DNA of 64,000 nucleotides, taken from the NCBI GenBank assembly GCA_047967505.1, contig CM106538.1, one strand, 5' to 3'. Of the stretch, positions 38,991 to 52,765 are shown piece by piece. The stretch is from Dipteris shenzhenensis. Its lineage: Eukaryota. The position numbers were made by a program, and so were the translations under genes. Positions within the stretch are counted from its first letter, which is position 1. Each line of letters begins with the position of its first letter. The notes beneath the pieces are model-generated. The model saw only the letters and a program-made list of their open reading frames with translations. It searched no databases and had not been told where the DNA came from.

Positions 38991-41189
38991 AGCGATTCCT
39001 TTGACTCCCTCTAACAATTACCTCTCTCTTCCAAGTACTCTCTCTCTCCACCCCATCACCTCTCTCTATCATCATGCCTCTCTCTCTACTCCTCCCCCCT
39101 CCTTCACCCACCTTGGCATCGGCTATTTTTAGCAGCCCCTTGCTTTTTGGGTTGCCCTTCTCCCTAGCGGCTATTTTTTTCCCTTCCATTCATCGCAACT
39201 TTCTCCCCCTCCTCCGCCAAAGGACTCTCCTCTACAGCTATAGCCCCCTCTTTCCTCTCCTTCAAGCTTCCCCTCACCTCCTACTCTCACCGCCTAGAGT
39301 CCTAGCCTCCTTCACATCTACATCCCTCTCCTCTCCTCTATTCTACAGCCCTCCCCCTCACCTTCTTCTCACTGTTCACATACCCCCCCCTTGCCATCTC
39401 TCCCTACAGCTACCCCCCTTCACCATCTCTCCCTACAGCCACCCCCCCTATGCCATCTCTCCCTACTTTGCCATAAACTATGCTAGTGAGCTTATTGCAT
39501 AACAAATATATGGCCGTGTGATAGTCAGATATATAAGAGATCCAATGAGCTACCTGTAGTACTTGTCATTGACTATAGGCTTTTCTGAATCTTTAGTAAG
39601 TTTCAAACTCTGTTCCATGGGAGTGGCTGCAAAATTGCAATTTGCCATATGAAACTTCTTCAGGAGACTATCAACATACTTGAGCTGACTCATGAATGTG
39701 CTATTTGAATCTCTCCAGAACTCAATTCCAAGGCAATAGTGCATAAGTCCAAGATCTTTCATGTTGAACTCTGCAGATAAGTCTTGTTTTAATTTTCTGA
39801 TGAAGCTATCCTTGCTTCCGGTCACAATCAGATCATCTACGTACAAAAGTGCAATAGTAATGTCTTCTCCTTGAACTTTGTATTAGAGAGTATGATTTGC
39901 ATTGGATTTAATGTATCCCAAATCAGCAAAATACTTGTCGATTCTGCTGTACCAACTTCTGGGTGCTTGCTTTAAGCCGTAGAGACTTTTCTTAAGATGG
40001 CAAACCTTATTCTCCTTTCCTGGTTCAACATAACCTGCTGGTTGTTGCATGTAGACTTCCTCGTCTAGATAACCATTGAGAAATGTATTCTTGACATCGA
40101 GCTGATACACATGCCATGTGCTAAGTGTCGCTAGTGATATCAAGAACCGTAAGGAATCCATCTTTGCTACTTGAGCATAAGTCTCATCATAATCTTGACC
40201 ATATTGCTGTGAAAATTCTTTTGCAACTAGTTTGGCTTTGTATCTTTGAATACCTCCATCTAGATTGTACTTCACTTTGTATACCCATTTGTTTGCTATG
40301 GCCTTCTTTCATGGTGGAAGGTCACATAATTCCCAAGTATTATTCTTATACAAAGCATCCATTTCTTCATTCATAGCAGTTTGCCATTTTGGCTTGTCTA
40401 CTGCATCTTTGAAGTACATTGGCTCTTCTGTAGCCATGACGGTAGTCATGAGAGCATAGTTGGCCATTTCAACCCGAATTGCTTTGCCTTTCTGAGCATA
40501 TGCCAATATGGTTGGAGGTCTGCTTTCCCTAGTAGACCGTCTGAGCTGTTGTGGCTCTGCTTGGGGTGTTTCTGGCAATTCTTGCTCTACTTCATCAACC
40601 TTTTCTGTAGATGACTATGAAGACGATGCTTCCATCTCCTGTGTATTTGAGGTTTTCCATTCTGGTTCCTCATCAAAGATTACATCTCTGGAGATAATGA
40701 CCTTGCGGTTGATGGGATCATACAACTTATATGCTTTGCTTTCTTCATTGTAGCCTACCATGATGCATTTATGTGACTTCACATCCAATTTCCTACGATG
40801 ATCATCATGTATGTGGGCATATGCTATGCAACCAAATATGCAGAGATGTCCAATGTGTGGCTTGTGTCCAATGAATGCTTCATAAGGAGCCATACCTTGT
40901 ATCGGTTCTTTCAGAAGCTGATTAAGCAAATAGTTTGCAGTGGCTATTGCTTTTGCCCAATACTGATTCGGAAGATGCTTCTCACTAAGCATTGCTCTAG
41001 CACTGTGTGCTAAAGTTCCATTCTTCCTTTCAGCTCTTGCATTCTGCTGAGAAGTATCTGCACAGTGAATTGTCTTTGAATGCCGTGATTTTTGCAAAAG
41101 TTCATGAATGCTGAAGACATGTATTCACCTCCTCTATCTGATCTCATGACTTTGATCTTTTTGCCTGTCTAGTTTTCTACCATGGCTTT

Positions 41190-44100
41190 TTTTTAATTAT
41201 TTGTAAAAAAGAGACTTCTATTAAGTAAGAAAGAAACTCACTAGAGCAAGCTCTGTGCAGAAATACAACATGCTAAGCATGTAATAAAAAACACCTTAGA
41301 AGAATAAGGTAGAAAGAAACCAAGGCTGAGGCTGAAAATGCCAACTCAACCCCGTAGAAGTCTCAGCAAGGAAGAGAGAGTCTCTCAATTCCTGAGAAAA
41401 GTAACTCTCTTGGAGGATGCTACTCGAGAGGATCCCTGCATGGTCGCCCATATGGCCTTCAGAGTGTGTACCGTATCTATCCAAGTACTGGCCAAGGTCT
41501 GAGAAGGGTGAACCTGAGAACCCTCCATAGCCTCAGTGCATTTGGCTCTCCAAATGTGCCATGCTGCAATGCTAGCTAAAACCTTCCATGGAGAGTTAAC
41601 TGAGGAATGAGCAGCCCTGAAGAGAGTGGCCGGAACATCCTCTAAAGAGCACGACTCCACAAGGTGTCGTCGGATGTGAAGAGCCCAAGACGAGTCATGT
41701 CTCTCAAAGAAAACCTAGGGCCCTAAAAGAGTGAGCCAAGCCACTGATCCCCAGGTCCTATAGAAGGGGAGGCGAACAAAAGTGCTGAAAAGTCTTACAA
41801 TCCCCTTCCATATGATTCTCACCTGTCTGCAATCCCAAAGGCAGTGCTATATTGTCTCCGAAGTAGAAAGGCAACGAGGGAAAGTAGGGTAGCCCCGAAC
41901 CTGGATCTCCAATGGTTCACTGCTATCCCACCATGAATAGAAAGCCAAAAGAAGAGTGATTTTTCTATTCCGATGGGATTTCTAGAGCCTCTGCCAAAAA
42001 AGTTTCTGCGAGTCTATAGAAGTCTGAAAATTCTCCCAATGAGGAGCTCTGGTGGGCTTCCAACCCCTTCAGCTGAGCTGGAATTTCCTGGCATTACTGA
42101 CCGTGTAACGAAAGAAGGGGACGCCCTCCTCTCGGTGCCCTTCATCTATCCACTCCCATTCCCCAGGGTCCCACTGCAAAAACTTAATTGGGACACCTCC
42201 ATAGAGCCACAGCCTCCATGAGCCCAGGGCAATGAGTAGCGGGTCAGGATCCAAGCACCACTGTGAAAGAGAGCCATGCTTCATGAAGCCCACTATCCTG
42301 ACTGGCTAGAATGGTACCTCCAACAATATATCGTCTGTGGACCTGGACAGCCTGCCCCCCGAAGAAACATCAAAGACTAGGGCATCCTCATGTGTGTTAC
42401 GTAAAGCAATCACCTCCAAAGGAATGCCCAATCTGGAAAATGCCCCCATCCAGGTGGAGCAAGTAATAGGCATGTCATCTGTGTCCACCCAATCCAAGGG
42501 CAAGGCTGCATCAATCTGTTGAACTCTCCCTGCACTCCCTCTGAGATTATGAACCACCTGGGCGTGTCGGTTTGCAGGAAGTCTCCTGAAGGCTTTCCAT
42601 GCTCCCACAGTAGATGTAGGGCCCCTCTCCCATCTGGGCCACTGCATGTAAAGAGAAGCTCCAAGTGGTCTGCCATGCTCATCCAAAATACTGTCGTTCC
42701 ACATGATAGGCTGCCTTTCAATCTCTTCACGGGTGGACGGGGGAATCCTGCAAAGAGTACTGCTGATGAAGCTGGCCCATGCTTTCAGGATAGCAACCAT
42801 AAGAGGGGAAGAAGGAGATCTGAGGTGGGCTGTGGCAAAAACCCATCTGGTACTGTGTATCCAATCATCTCCTGAAGTGGGCGTGCGAGACTGTATGCAT
42901 CTAATAAAAAAATCCTTCCAAGGCTTTTGCCCTGGCATAAGTCCTCTCACAACGACCTTGCAAAGTAAGGCTCTGCACTGTAGATCCAAGTCGATGATAT
43001 TCAAACCCCCTTCTCTTGTAGGAAGAATCAAGGTCTCCCAAGCTACCTTGGCTGTAACATCAGTTGTGCCATCTAGACCACTCCATAAAAAGTTTCGTAT
43101 GGGCTATTATCGAAAATACTTCTGCCATGTACAAGTGCCCAATAGAGTGATGGGTCTCCATTGTGACACTAGATTCCTATTACCCCCCTTTGGGATGAGA
43201 TGAATGCGACCATCTGTAAGTGAGTCACGCATCTCACCAAAGTCCCACATGCCCTGCAGGGCTGATGAAATGTGATCACCAATCTGCTTCCAAAAAGTAA
43301 TAAAAAAAGAAGGGGTAAGTCTATCCAAACCTGGGCACTTGCCCTTGTGAAGGGCAAGTAATGCAGTCCTGAATTCTACATTGCTGAAAGGTGCATCAAG
43401 AGAAACATACATCTCATCCTTCACCAATACAGGGATACACCGCCAAATAACCTCTTTGGCATCATCTATGTGCTGTGTGCCCGGATCTGATCTGCAATAA
43501 AAAGGGATGCAAAAAAATCTGAAGCTACATGCATGATGGCATCAGGATCTCACTGTAATACCACGTCTGAGTCAAGAAGCTGCGAGACACTATCCCTACT
43601 ATGTCTGGGCCCATGAGTAGAGAAAAAGTGTTTGTTGACCGTGCCACCCATATGAATCCAAAAGGATTCTCGTGCATGAAAGGCATACTCTACTCTCTGA
43701 TCCAACAATATCTGTATATGAGCCCTTGCTGTAGCAAGGCGCTCCCGAATCCAAGCATCTGTGGGCCTCTTTTGCTCTTCCCTCTGAAGGGACGCTAACT
43801 GCTGGCGTATACCAATCTCACGTCTGAGAATCTCACATCTCCTGGAATCAACGACGACTGTATGATAATAGTCACTAATTCCGGATAAGGCTGCAGCTAC
43901 CTGAGATGGGTGGGCAACTCCACCCTGTATGTGAGTAACCCAAATCTATAAAATATCCTCCGTGAGGCTCTCCTCTGCATAAAAAGCATCCGGAATCCTG
44001 ACACTGGCAGAGTGTCCTCTCCAATGAGGCTCAAGAATCTGCAACACCACTAGAAAATGAAATGAGGTGGTAACCCCAGTAGAAATGCATACAGATCCTC

Positions 44101-46928
44101 CTCTGTCAAGTGCCCAATGGTCTACATAAAATCTATCAATACGTGCATGGATGGGCATGTGTACTCTCCTATTTGACCAAGAGTACAGGAGTGACTGTGG
44201 CATAACCTGAAAGGCATCATCAAACCAAGTGTCCCTGCCACTGTACTGAAAGAGAAAGGCATTCCAGGCTGCCCTCTCCAAAGAATGAATTCCACCCTAT
44301 CTGCCTCCCTTTTTGTCTGACGGCAACTCAACCATGTTGAAATCACCACCAATGATCCAAGAATCTACAATGGGGGCCCAAGAGAGTAACTGCTTCCAAA
44401 AGGAGACTCGCTCTTCCCTGTTGTTGGGGGCATACAGATTGAGAAGACCAATCTTACGCCCTCCAATAAAAATAATGATCCATTGAGCTCTAGAGGGGGA
44501 GATAATACCATGACCAGCAACCAAGGGTAGAATAGAAGAAGAGATCGAAATGCAAGTACCTCCCCTTGTGCCCATAGCAGGCGACCAGAAGGTATGTCCT
44601 GGAAGAAGTTTGCCAGACTTAGAGCAATCACTGACATCCAACTTGTGTTCTTGGATAAAAAGGATATCAATAGCACCTCCAGTGACAACTGGATGAAGCT
44701 CATTCCGGATCAGCTGCCTACGATGACGGTGTGGAACTCTACCTAGGCCCTATATGTTACAGCTGACTATCCTCATCGACAGGATGATGCTGGGTGGAAA
44801 GGCTTACCCGACCTAGTAGAGGAGACTAGCTTCCCCTAGGCCGAAACACTCCTGCCTAGGGTAGGAAACTCAACAGGTGAAAGGATCCCCACACCTGTTG
44901 AGGGGGAGGCCCTATCAAAAGGAATCCCAATGACCGGGACCCCTAAGGTGGAGGGCAAAAACTCATCATCATCCATGAAAGTCGCCGAATTTGCCAGTCC
45001 CAAAAAAGAGTTCCTGAGAAGCAGGTCTGTGGGGGCTAAGAGGTATGTGGCTAGGCTGAAGAGGAATCTGGAGTTCTCATCTGTGCATACATTCCCTCGG
45101 TCGTCCTAACTATGGCAGGAACAGTTTGTGGGGAAGAAGTATGGGTAGCCCCCTCATGATCAAAAACCAAAGTGATCGGGGCCAGTACTGGTGCATCTAA
45201 AGGCCCCTCCTTATGTGGAACTATAGTGTCTAGGGCTGCATCAACATCTACCTCTAGAGTCTAGATGGCGTCTGTCTGAACCGGATCAAAGGTCTCCTCC
45301 TGAGGTAAGGGAGCCGCTTTAATCGCTCTCCATCGTGGTACTGGGTGTGCTGCGGGCTTTGGGCGCCCTGCTGCCCCTAGTGGTCCTGGGGTGGACGAAC
45401 CAGGACACCCTGCTGCTCCTGGTGGTCCTAGAGTGCATGCTACAGGGTGCTGGGGAGGTGCAGTCGGAGTAGTACGTGAAGGAGCCGCACCAGAAGACCT
45501 CTTGGGTCTTTTTCTTTTCCTTGGGTAATCTCTAGCAAAGTGCCCAAGGGTCCTACAAATCCTGCACTGGTCCTATCTACCTGCAATCTCGACTCTCTAT
45601 CGAAAGAGAGAGCCATCTGGACGCTGAAGCATGATATGGTCATCTGAGATGTTAGGGTCAGAGACAATGACCCTAACTCAAGGCACCCCGTCCGCTCTGA
45701 CTGCCTCTGCTGAGGAAGAAGGCATGTTAGAAAGGGGGGGATCTCAGTGACCACTCCGAATGTGGCTCCGATAGTAGCAAGAAGTCGATGGTAGACCTAA
45801 GGAAGACCAGGAAATCTAATGAAGAGTGATGTGACCATGAATCGAAGCCCAAGGTGTAGGGCAAAAGGAAAAACTTCCTCGAACCCAAAGCCAGAGGATT
45901 AGCTTTGAGAACAAGGGCTGTGGACTCGTGGGAGTCGAAAACCACTTGGAAGAATCCACGTCCCAAAAGTCAAATATCCCTGAGGTGTGGGGGGCGAGAT
46001 CTGTCGCATCCAGTCTCTAGCCTATGATCTGGAAGGGTGTGACCCAAAGATGCGGGCGAAAAGTGATGTGGAGCCCTCTAGTTTCACATCTTTCTTGAGC
46101 TGCTGCAACTCGTCTTCTGAAAAAATGACGGTTCTCGCGGCCGATGGAAGTGGACGAAGATTGGCTGAATGGGGATCCATTCACCAATCAATGTGAAAAG
46201 GCCGATTCAAACACTAAAAAAGCTTCATTCGTGAAACTGTCGCCCAGGACGCCCTGGAACACGGGCGCTGGAGGAAGGAGAACAGGAGAGGGTAGGAGAG
46301 AGGGGAAGAGGAGGAGAGGAGGCGGGGGGGGAAGAGGAGAGCGAGGGTAGGCTGCGGGGGGGAGAAAGGGGCAGGGGAAGGTGCGGGGGTAGGCTGCGGG
46401 GGGTAGAAGGAGGTAGGTTGCGGGGGGTAGGCTGCGGGTATAAGGGGGCGGGGGAAGGCAGCAGCGGGGGGGGAGGAGGGGGGCGGGGGAGAGGAGGCGG
46501 GGGGAGGCAGAGGGGAGCTGTGGGTTAGGAAGGGAGGGGGCGGGGGCGGGGGTGGGGGAGGGGGCTAGCGGGGAGGGAGAGGGTGGGCGAGGGAGAGGAG
46601 AGGAGGGGGCGGGGGAGAGGAAAGGAGGGGGGAGAGGGAAGGCGGCTAGGCAAGCAGGGGGAGAGAGGGTGGGCGGGGGAGAAGGAGAGAGGGGGCGGGG
46701 GTGGAGGAGGGGGGCAGGGGGGTTGACAGGTGGAGGAGAGGGAGGGCAGGGAGGAGGAAGGGGAGCGGGAGGGTGAGGGAGGAGGGAGAGGGGGCTGGTG
46801 AGGAGAGAGGGAGAGGAGGAGCAGCAAGGGGAGGGAGAGGGGGGGTAGCGAGGGTGAGGGAGAGGGAGAGGGGCCTGGCTAAGAGAGGAGAGGGGGGGGG
46901 CAGCAGCTCACGGGGGGAGGATCTGGCC
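41190..46928 (-). mobile_element. LINE family A, copy 3: both ends intact, RT core deleted, 14-bp TSD
   Basis: TSD TCTACCATGGCTTT at 41176-41189 and 46929-46942; removing the insert restores integrase FKAMVEN*TGKKIK. ORF1 ATG 46180, ORF2 ATG 44776. WRPITLLG is joined to PIRNFLWSG near 43105-43135. Confidence 0.95.
46290..46920 (+). repeat. Purine/G-rich low-complexity tract (C-rich 5' UTR of LINE A copy 3)
   Basis: Read directly. Lies inside the TSD boundaries. Confidence 0.9.
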
Positions 46929-47690
46929 TCTACCATGGCTTTGAATTCTTGAAATCTGGAAAAGACTTCAGATTTCTCTTTCAGAAAGTAGACCCAACAA
47001 TATCTGTTGTAGTCATCAATGAAAGTCAAGTAGTAAAGTGAACCATTGATGCTGCGGGGCTGGGCATAACCTTATACATCTGTATGTATCAAATCAAGAA
47101 TACCTCGTGCACGAGAGGTACTTCTGCCAAAGTGGGTTCGCTTTTGTTTGCCGAAGCAACATGCTTCGCAAACTTTTCCAAGAAACTGTAGCTTCGGAAT
47201 CCCAATTGCTATATTTTGATTCCTGAGATCTAACAAGTACTTGAAACTGACATGACCATATCTCTTGTGCCATTTTGTAGAAAGTGGCATCTGTTGCGGT
47301 TAAGCTGACATGGCATGCTTATCTGGTATTGTGGCTAGCATTCTGTACATGCATCCTTCCCTGACACCTTTTGCTACTAGCTGACATCTTCTAGATTTAT
47401 CTCTAATAGTGCATTCATCTCCGTCGAAGATGACTCTGTAGTTGTGTTCCGTCATTTGACCTACTGACAAAAGGTTCTTGCTGAGTTTCGGAACATAGAG
47501 CACATCTTTCACCAATCCTTCCATACCAGTGAAATTGTTCATAGGGATAACACCTGTCCCTTGAACTGGATTCAGTGTATTATCTGCTGTGTAGATGACA
47601 TTTTTTTGACCTTCTAATGGTTTCATCTTTGTGAACCATTCCTGATGATTTGTCATGTGAGATGATGCACCGCTGTCGATATACCAAGGA

Positions 47691-50600
47691 TGAAGAGACA
47701 TGGAATCTAGCTAGGAACGGAATGGAAATATGGAAAGCATAATGAACGGCAGAATGGAAAGGAAAGAAAGTACAAGTGCAAGGCAATAACCAAAATACTC
47801 ACAATGTATTGATAGCTTGATGTTGACTGTTGTTATAGACAATGGGGACGAGCATTTTCCGAGCGAAATCTTCCGAGCGTCCGAGCGAAGGAAAAAAAAA
47901 GCTTCCAACTATGCAAAAATATGACAAAAATGGATCAGAAGAAAACATAGTTTCACTTAGAAATATGAAAAGTATTATAGGAATGCCTATTTTATACACG
48001 AATATTTATGTGAATCTTTGGGAATGGTGAGAACATAATGGGATGGCTTTTGAAGAAACCCACATGTAGAGTAGACTTCTCTATGAAAATTCCCTTATGA
48101 TCCTTCTTACAACTTTTTACTTAATAGGGGGTGACATTGAAAAACCTCTCTCACCCTATCTTCATGAAAGGGTTTCTCCAAAGAAAACTCATTGAAGCAA
48201 GCCATCAAGGTAGTTTCACCAGCGAAACCCCTTTGAACAAGGTCTTTCAAGGTAGTTTCGCTGGCGAAACTACCTTGGACAGCACTTTTAAAAGTGACAT
48301 AACTTTCACATCCAATGTCCAAATATAGTCATTCAGCCACTCAAATTGATCGGAAAACCCCATTTGAGCACATCTATGGGGTTATATTTTGGAAAACCTT
48401 GCATATATAGTATTAAATATTACATGTATTTTATGAGAGTGATATATAAGCCCAAGTTAATACTTATTTACAGTAATTTAAACTTCTGTAGAAACATGTC
48501 CATAAATATATTGTTATTAATACTATAAAAACACTTGAAAGATATTGCCATATGATATAAATGTGTTTAATAAGTAATTATTTATGTAGAATATTATTAT
48601 GTTGAGAGTGATTATGAGGGACGTTTCTTAAATGAATTATTTTTCAATACTTTTTTAAGGTAATAACAAGGGTACAAAGGGATGTCTATGAATAAGAAGA
48701 TTTATGTTATGTAAAAATGAATGAGTGACTAGTTTGTATATTTTTATGATAAAAGGATCTAGTTCTAATGAAAATAAAAGTGTAAAAACCATGTTTCCTA
48801 AAGAAATACTATTTTTAAAATCTCTTGAAAAACACGCTCGTATAAACTTGCTCATAGGTTTTTGCTCGTAAAATTGACGCATCCTATAGACAATAGACAA
48901 GTACAACACTATATAGTGTGACACTAGACTCTAGAAAGTCACAATGTCTATGGGATATCTCCCAATATGACACGTGGCACGTCTAGGACTCACTATACTA
49001 TAAAACACCACCTAGAACACACATTTTTTACTCACTTTGGCTTCATATTCCAACACCCCCCCATGAAGGCAAGGTGAGAGACTACTGGAATGGAACCAAT
49101 AATAGAACATGACAATGACGGTCATCAAAACTGAACTAGACATGGCTCCCACACAATCTCAGAGGCAAGTGAGCATGGCTCAGAGGCTAGTGAGCATAAC
49201 ATAGAAAGCTCATTTGGCATGGCTCAGAAGCTCATCATGCATGGGTGCATGATCAACTCAGAGGTCTAGGAGACCAATGCACCAATATCCTGGAACTCTC
49301 AAGCCAAGCCTGATAAACAAATAGACCTATCAATGCCAATACATGGCTCCCACAGTACATCCCCCCTTTGCTTCATAACAGGACATGTTAGGAAGCCACA
49401 CACCAAAATAGGAAAACTAATACATCTTTTTAGGAGGACTATCCAAGGAAAAGGAATCAAGCTGTAGGAATTAAAAAAATAGATCTCTTAGGAGTAAGAG
49501 ATGTCCTCCAAGTAGCAACTGCACGTGTGCACATCCCTGCGAGTCAATGAAGCACTAGGTATGGATGCCCCAAAATATGTGTCGGTGAAGTCAATGGGTA
49601 GCTACATGACTCTCAAAATACAAGATGGAGAGTCACCAAAAAGTTGATATAGATGCTGGAGGTGCCACAAGGACTAGTAGAGTCACTTAATATGCAAGCC
49701 TAGCACCACGGGCAATCAGAGAAGTAATCGGAGAAGCCGGGAAGTAGTCGTACCTCACATCAAGATCATTTTTCTTTATCTTCTTGCTACAAATTAGTGT
49801 GGAGTCTACACACAGTTATAGAAGGCGGATGAGGTGTGCAATGTGGCAGCTCGAATGGCGAGAAGATAGAGCTTCGTGGGCAATAGGAGAAGCGTGAGCA
49901 GCAGGAGCAGCAGCGTGGGCAGCTAGAAGCAGTGTGCGTAGCTAGATGGCGGGTAGAGAGGATAGCTACATGGGCAGCAAGAGAAGTTGCATGGGCAGCT
50001 ATAGCTTAGCTTCATGGGCACCAACTGGAGCAGCAAAAGATGGAGGTGGAGATGAAGATAATGACAGTAGGCTGGAAACTATCATCCCGTGAACTGAAGA
50101 ACAAAATCCGCGCGCAGGAATAATTTTCGTCACTTTTTGCAGGAGCTATATCTTTTCATAGAAAGCTCGGATTGCAATGATGTAAAAACAAAAAATTTAG
50201 TACTCAAGGTTCTCTACAACTTTCCTGAAGACACAAAGTTGTGATTCTGCTTCCAGATCCAGATAGAAGCGTCACAGAGAGAGCAACAGAAACATCACCA
50301 CTCCAGGACGTCTTTGTAGCTGAAGTAAGGAAAAGAGCTCACCAAGGAAAGGGAAGAGAGGTGGTAGAAGCTCAAGTTGGAGAAGACAACGTTGGAGGAG
50401 AATCCCAATCTTGATGAAGCCTTCAATGGAGAGGAGTAGGGAAGGGGAGCTCCTCCAAGAGAAGAGAGGGCAGCTTCTCTTTCTGGCCACCCTCTACCTC
50501 ATGGAGAAGCAAGGAGGAAGGGAAGGGCTAGGAAGGAAGGCTCTAATACCTTATGAAGAGACATGGAATCTAGCTAGGAACGGAATGGAAATATGGAAAG

Positions 50601-50876
50601 CATAATGAAAGGCAGAATGGAAAGGAAAGAAAGTACAAGTGCAAGGCAATAACCAAAATACTCACAATGTATTGATAGCTTGATGTTGACTGTTGTTATA
50701 GACAATAGACAAGTACAATACTATATAGTGTGACATTAGACTCTAGAAAGTCACAATGTCTATGGAATAGCTTCCAATATGACACGTGGCATGTCTAGGA
50801 CTCACTAGACTATAAAACACCACCTAGACTACCTAGAACACACATTTTTGACTCACTTTGACTTCATATTCCAACA
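47691..50876 (-). mobile_element. LTR family C2, complete non-coding element (TRIM/LARD-like) with 5-bp TSD
   Basis: TSD AAGGA at 47686-47690 and 50877-50881. 5' LTR 50554-50876; 3' LTR 47691-49055 (interrupted). PBS remnant gctctaatacc at 50540-50550; PPT 49056-49062. No recognisable ORF. Removal restores EQDP|WYIDSG. Confidence 0.95.
47844..48884. mobile_element. Non-autonomous DNA transposon, Mutator (MULE)-like
   Basis: 10-bp TSD TATAGACAAT at 47834-47843 and 48885-48894, single-copy in the intact sister LTR. Termini GG...CC. Imperfect TIRs match 23/35 ungapped, with repeated CGAGC motifs. AT-rich interior. Confidence 0.8.
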
Positions 50877-52765
50877 AAGGATCCTGTTCCGCTTGGTCGA
50901 CTTGATAGCTAAAATCCTCTTTTGGATTGAAATCAGTGTCTAGGTACACTGTATCAGTTTGTTGCATTTCATGGCTTGCAAGAAACATATTCCATGCTCA
51001 TTTGCAAAATGACTGTGACTAGAATGTCCACCACAATGATTTCCTCTGCCACGAAAACTCCCTCGATTGCTACTAGATTGACCGCATTGGTCGTACTGCT
51101 TCTTGCAACAATCTCTTTCATAGTGTCCAAACTTGTGACGGTAGTTGCACTGGATGTTTGACACATTAGTGGATGCATTCCCTCATCCTTGGAATCTTCC
51201 TTAGTTCCTCTTTGCTGATGCTGTTGTTGAGGATGATGCTGATGCTGATTGTGACTTTGCTGATGATGAACTTGTTGCTGCTGATGATTACCACTTCGCT
51301 GGAATGATCTACCTCTACCTCTGCTTCTGTCTGAAGCTGTGAATGCCTGATCATTAGAATGACCTTTACGTGCTTGAATGGCCTGTGTCTTGAGTTCTTC
51401 ACCAAGTAGGGCTGACTGGAGCTCTTCCAGTGTCGGAATTTATCATTGAATAGCAATACTCTGGACTAGATTCTCGTATCCCTCTCCTAGTCCATTCAGG
51501 ATGACTTGAACCATTTCTTCTGGGTTCATAGTCTCTCCTGCTGCTGCGAGTTGATTGTTGTAGTCTTTAATCCAGAGTACATAAGCATGACTTGTTTCGC
51601 TCTTGTTGCGGAAACTCTGGTTGATCTGGTTTCTCAATGTGAGAATCCTGGAAGTGTTCTTGGACTCGTAGAGAGCTGCGAACATATCCCATGCTTCTTT
51701 CGATGTCTTGACTGTGTTGAGTTGTCCTAGCATGACATCTTGTATATTCTGCTTGATCAGATGATATGCGTACTTGTCTTTCTTATCCCATTCTGCCTGA
51801 GCTCGGGCAATGGCAGGATTTGCTACTACAGGTGCAGAAACTGTTTGTGTAGCTGTAGATCCCACTGCTGGTGCTGTGACAACAGCTGGAGTAGATCCAC
51901 TGGTGGCTGGATCGTCCAATGGTCTAGGTGTAGATCAGTCGACATACTCCCATTTGTCCTGAAGTATAAGAATGGTCTCCATTCGGTATTTCCATGTGCC
52001 GTAATTGGAGTTGTCTGGCTTAGCAGATGCATCCAGATTGAGGTTGCTAGTCGTAGACATGGTGCAAGAAGTGTACTCAAAGTGGCATGAAAATCACTGT
52101 ATGAATTAACTGCAAAACATTGACTGTGCCGAGTGAAATATGAATAGTCGGTAAAGATAGAACTGCAATAGATAAAATCCAAACTGTATTACAAGGCTTG
52201 TGGCAAATGATGCTTGGAATAGCTAAGAGGCTTTACAACACTGAAATGATGTGCACAATGTCGTGAAATAGCCGAATAGGCTTTACAATAGGCAATCTAG
52301 TCTCTGATCTAAATCTATACTAACCATCGATCGATGAAAGAACAGCAAATATTTCCTTTTCTTTTGTTCTTTTTAAGTGTTGGGTCAGATGCATCGATGT
52401 AGAGGCTGATGTGCGTGTAGAAAGTGGTTTTGTCGGTGAGGCTCAAAAGTGAGTGATACTTGTGCCGAAATGTGTACGTGATTTGATGAGTGGGTGGAGC
52501 ACAAAAAAATCGAGCGACTTTTCTTTGTGGACCCCCCTCAAATTCTTCCTGGATCAAGAGATACGACTTGATCTAGGTCGAGGGGCAAAAGGAGTGCAAA
52601 TGTGCTCAATGATGATGTGTCACTGTGGGTCACATGCAGTGATGATGTGGCACTGTGCCTAGCAAGAGGTGTGCCTGTGGAGCAGTGTGCTGAGGTGGCA
52701 ACTGTGGTCACATGTAGTGTGTGCACAGTGTGCCTGGTAGGGGACTGTGCTTGCAAGGGGTCAGT

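Larger units (their letters stand above)
29096..39465 (+). mobile_element. Ty3/Gypsy element G1 (non-chromovirus-like): partial 5' LTR, gag-pol, repeat-rich 3' region
   Basis: Putative LTR start TGTTA at 29096. Blocks gcacatggag and gagagactagagctacgagctc are shared with the reverse complement of LTR 60495-61475. gag-pol follows. No PBS or 3' LTR seen. Confidence 0.85.
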
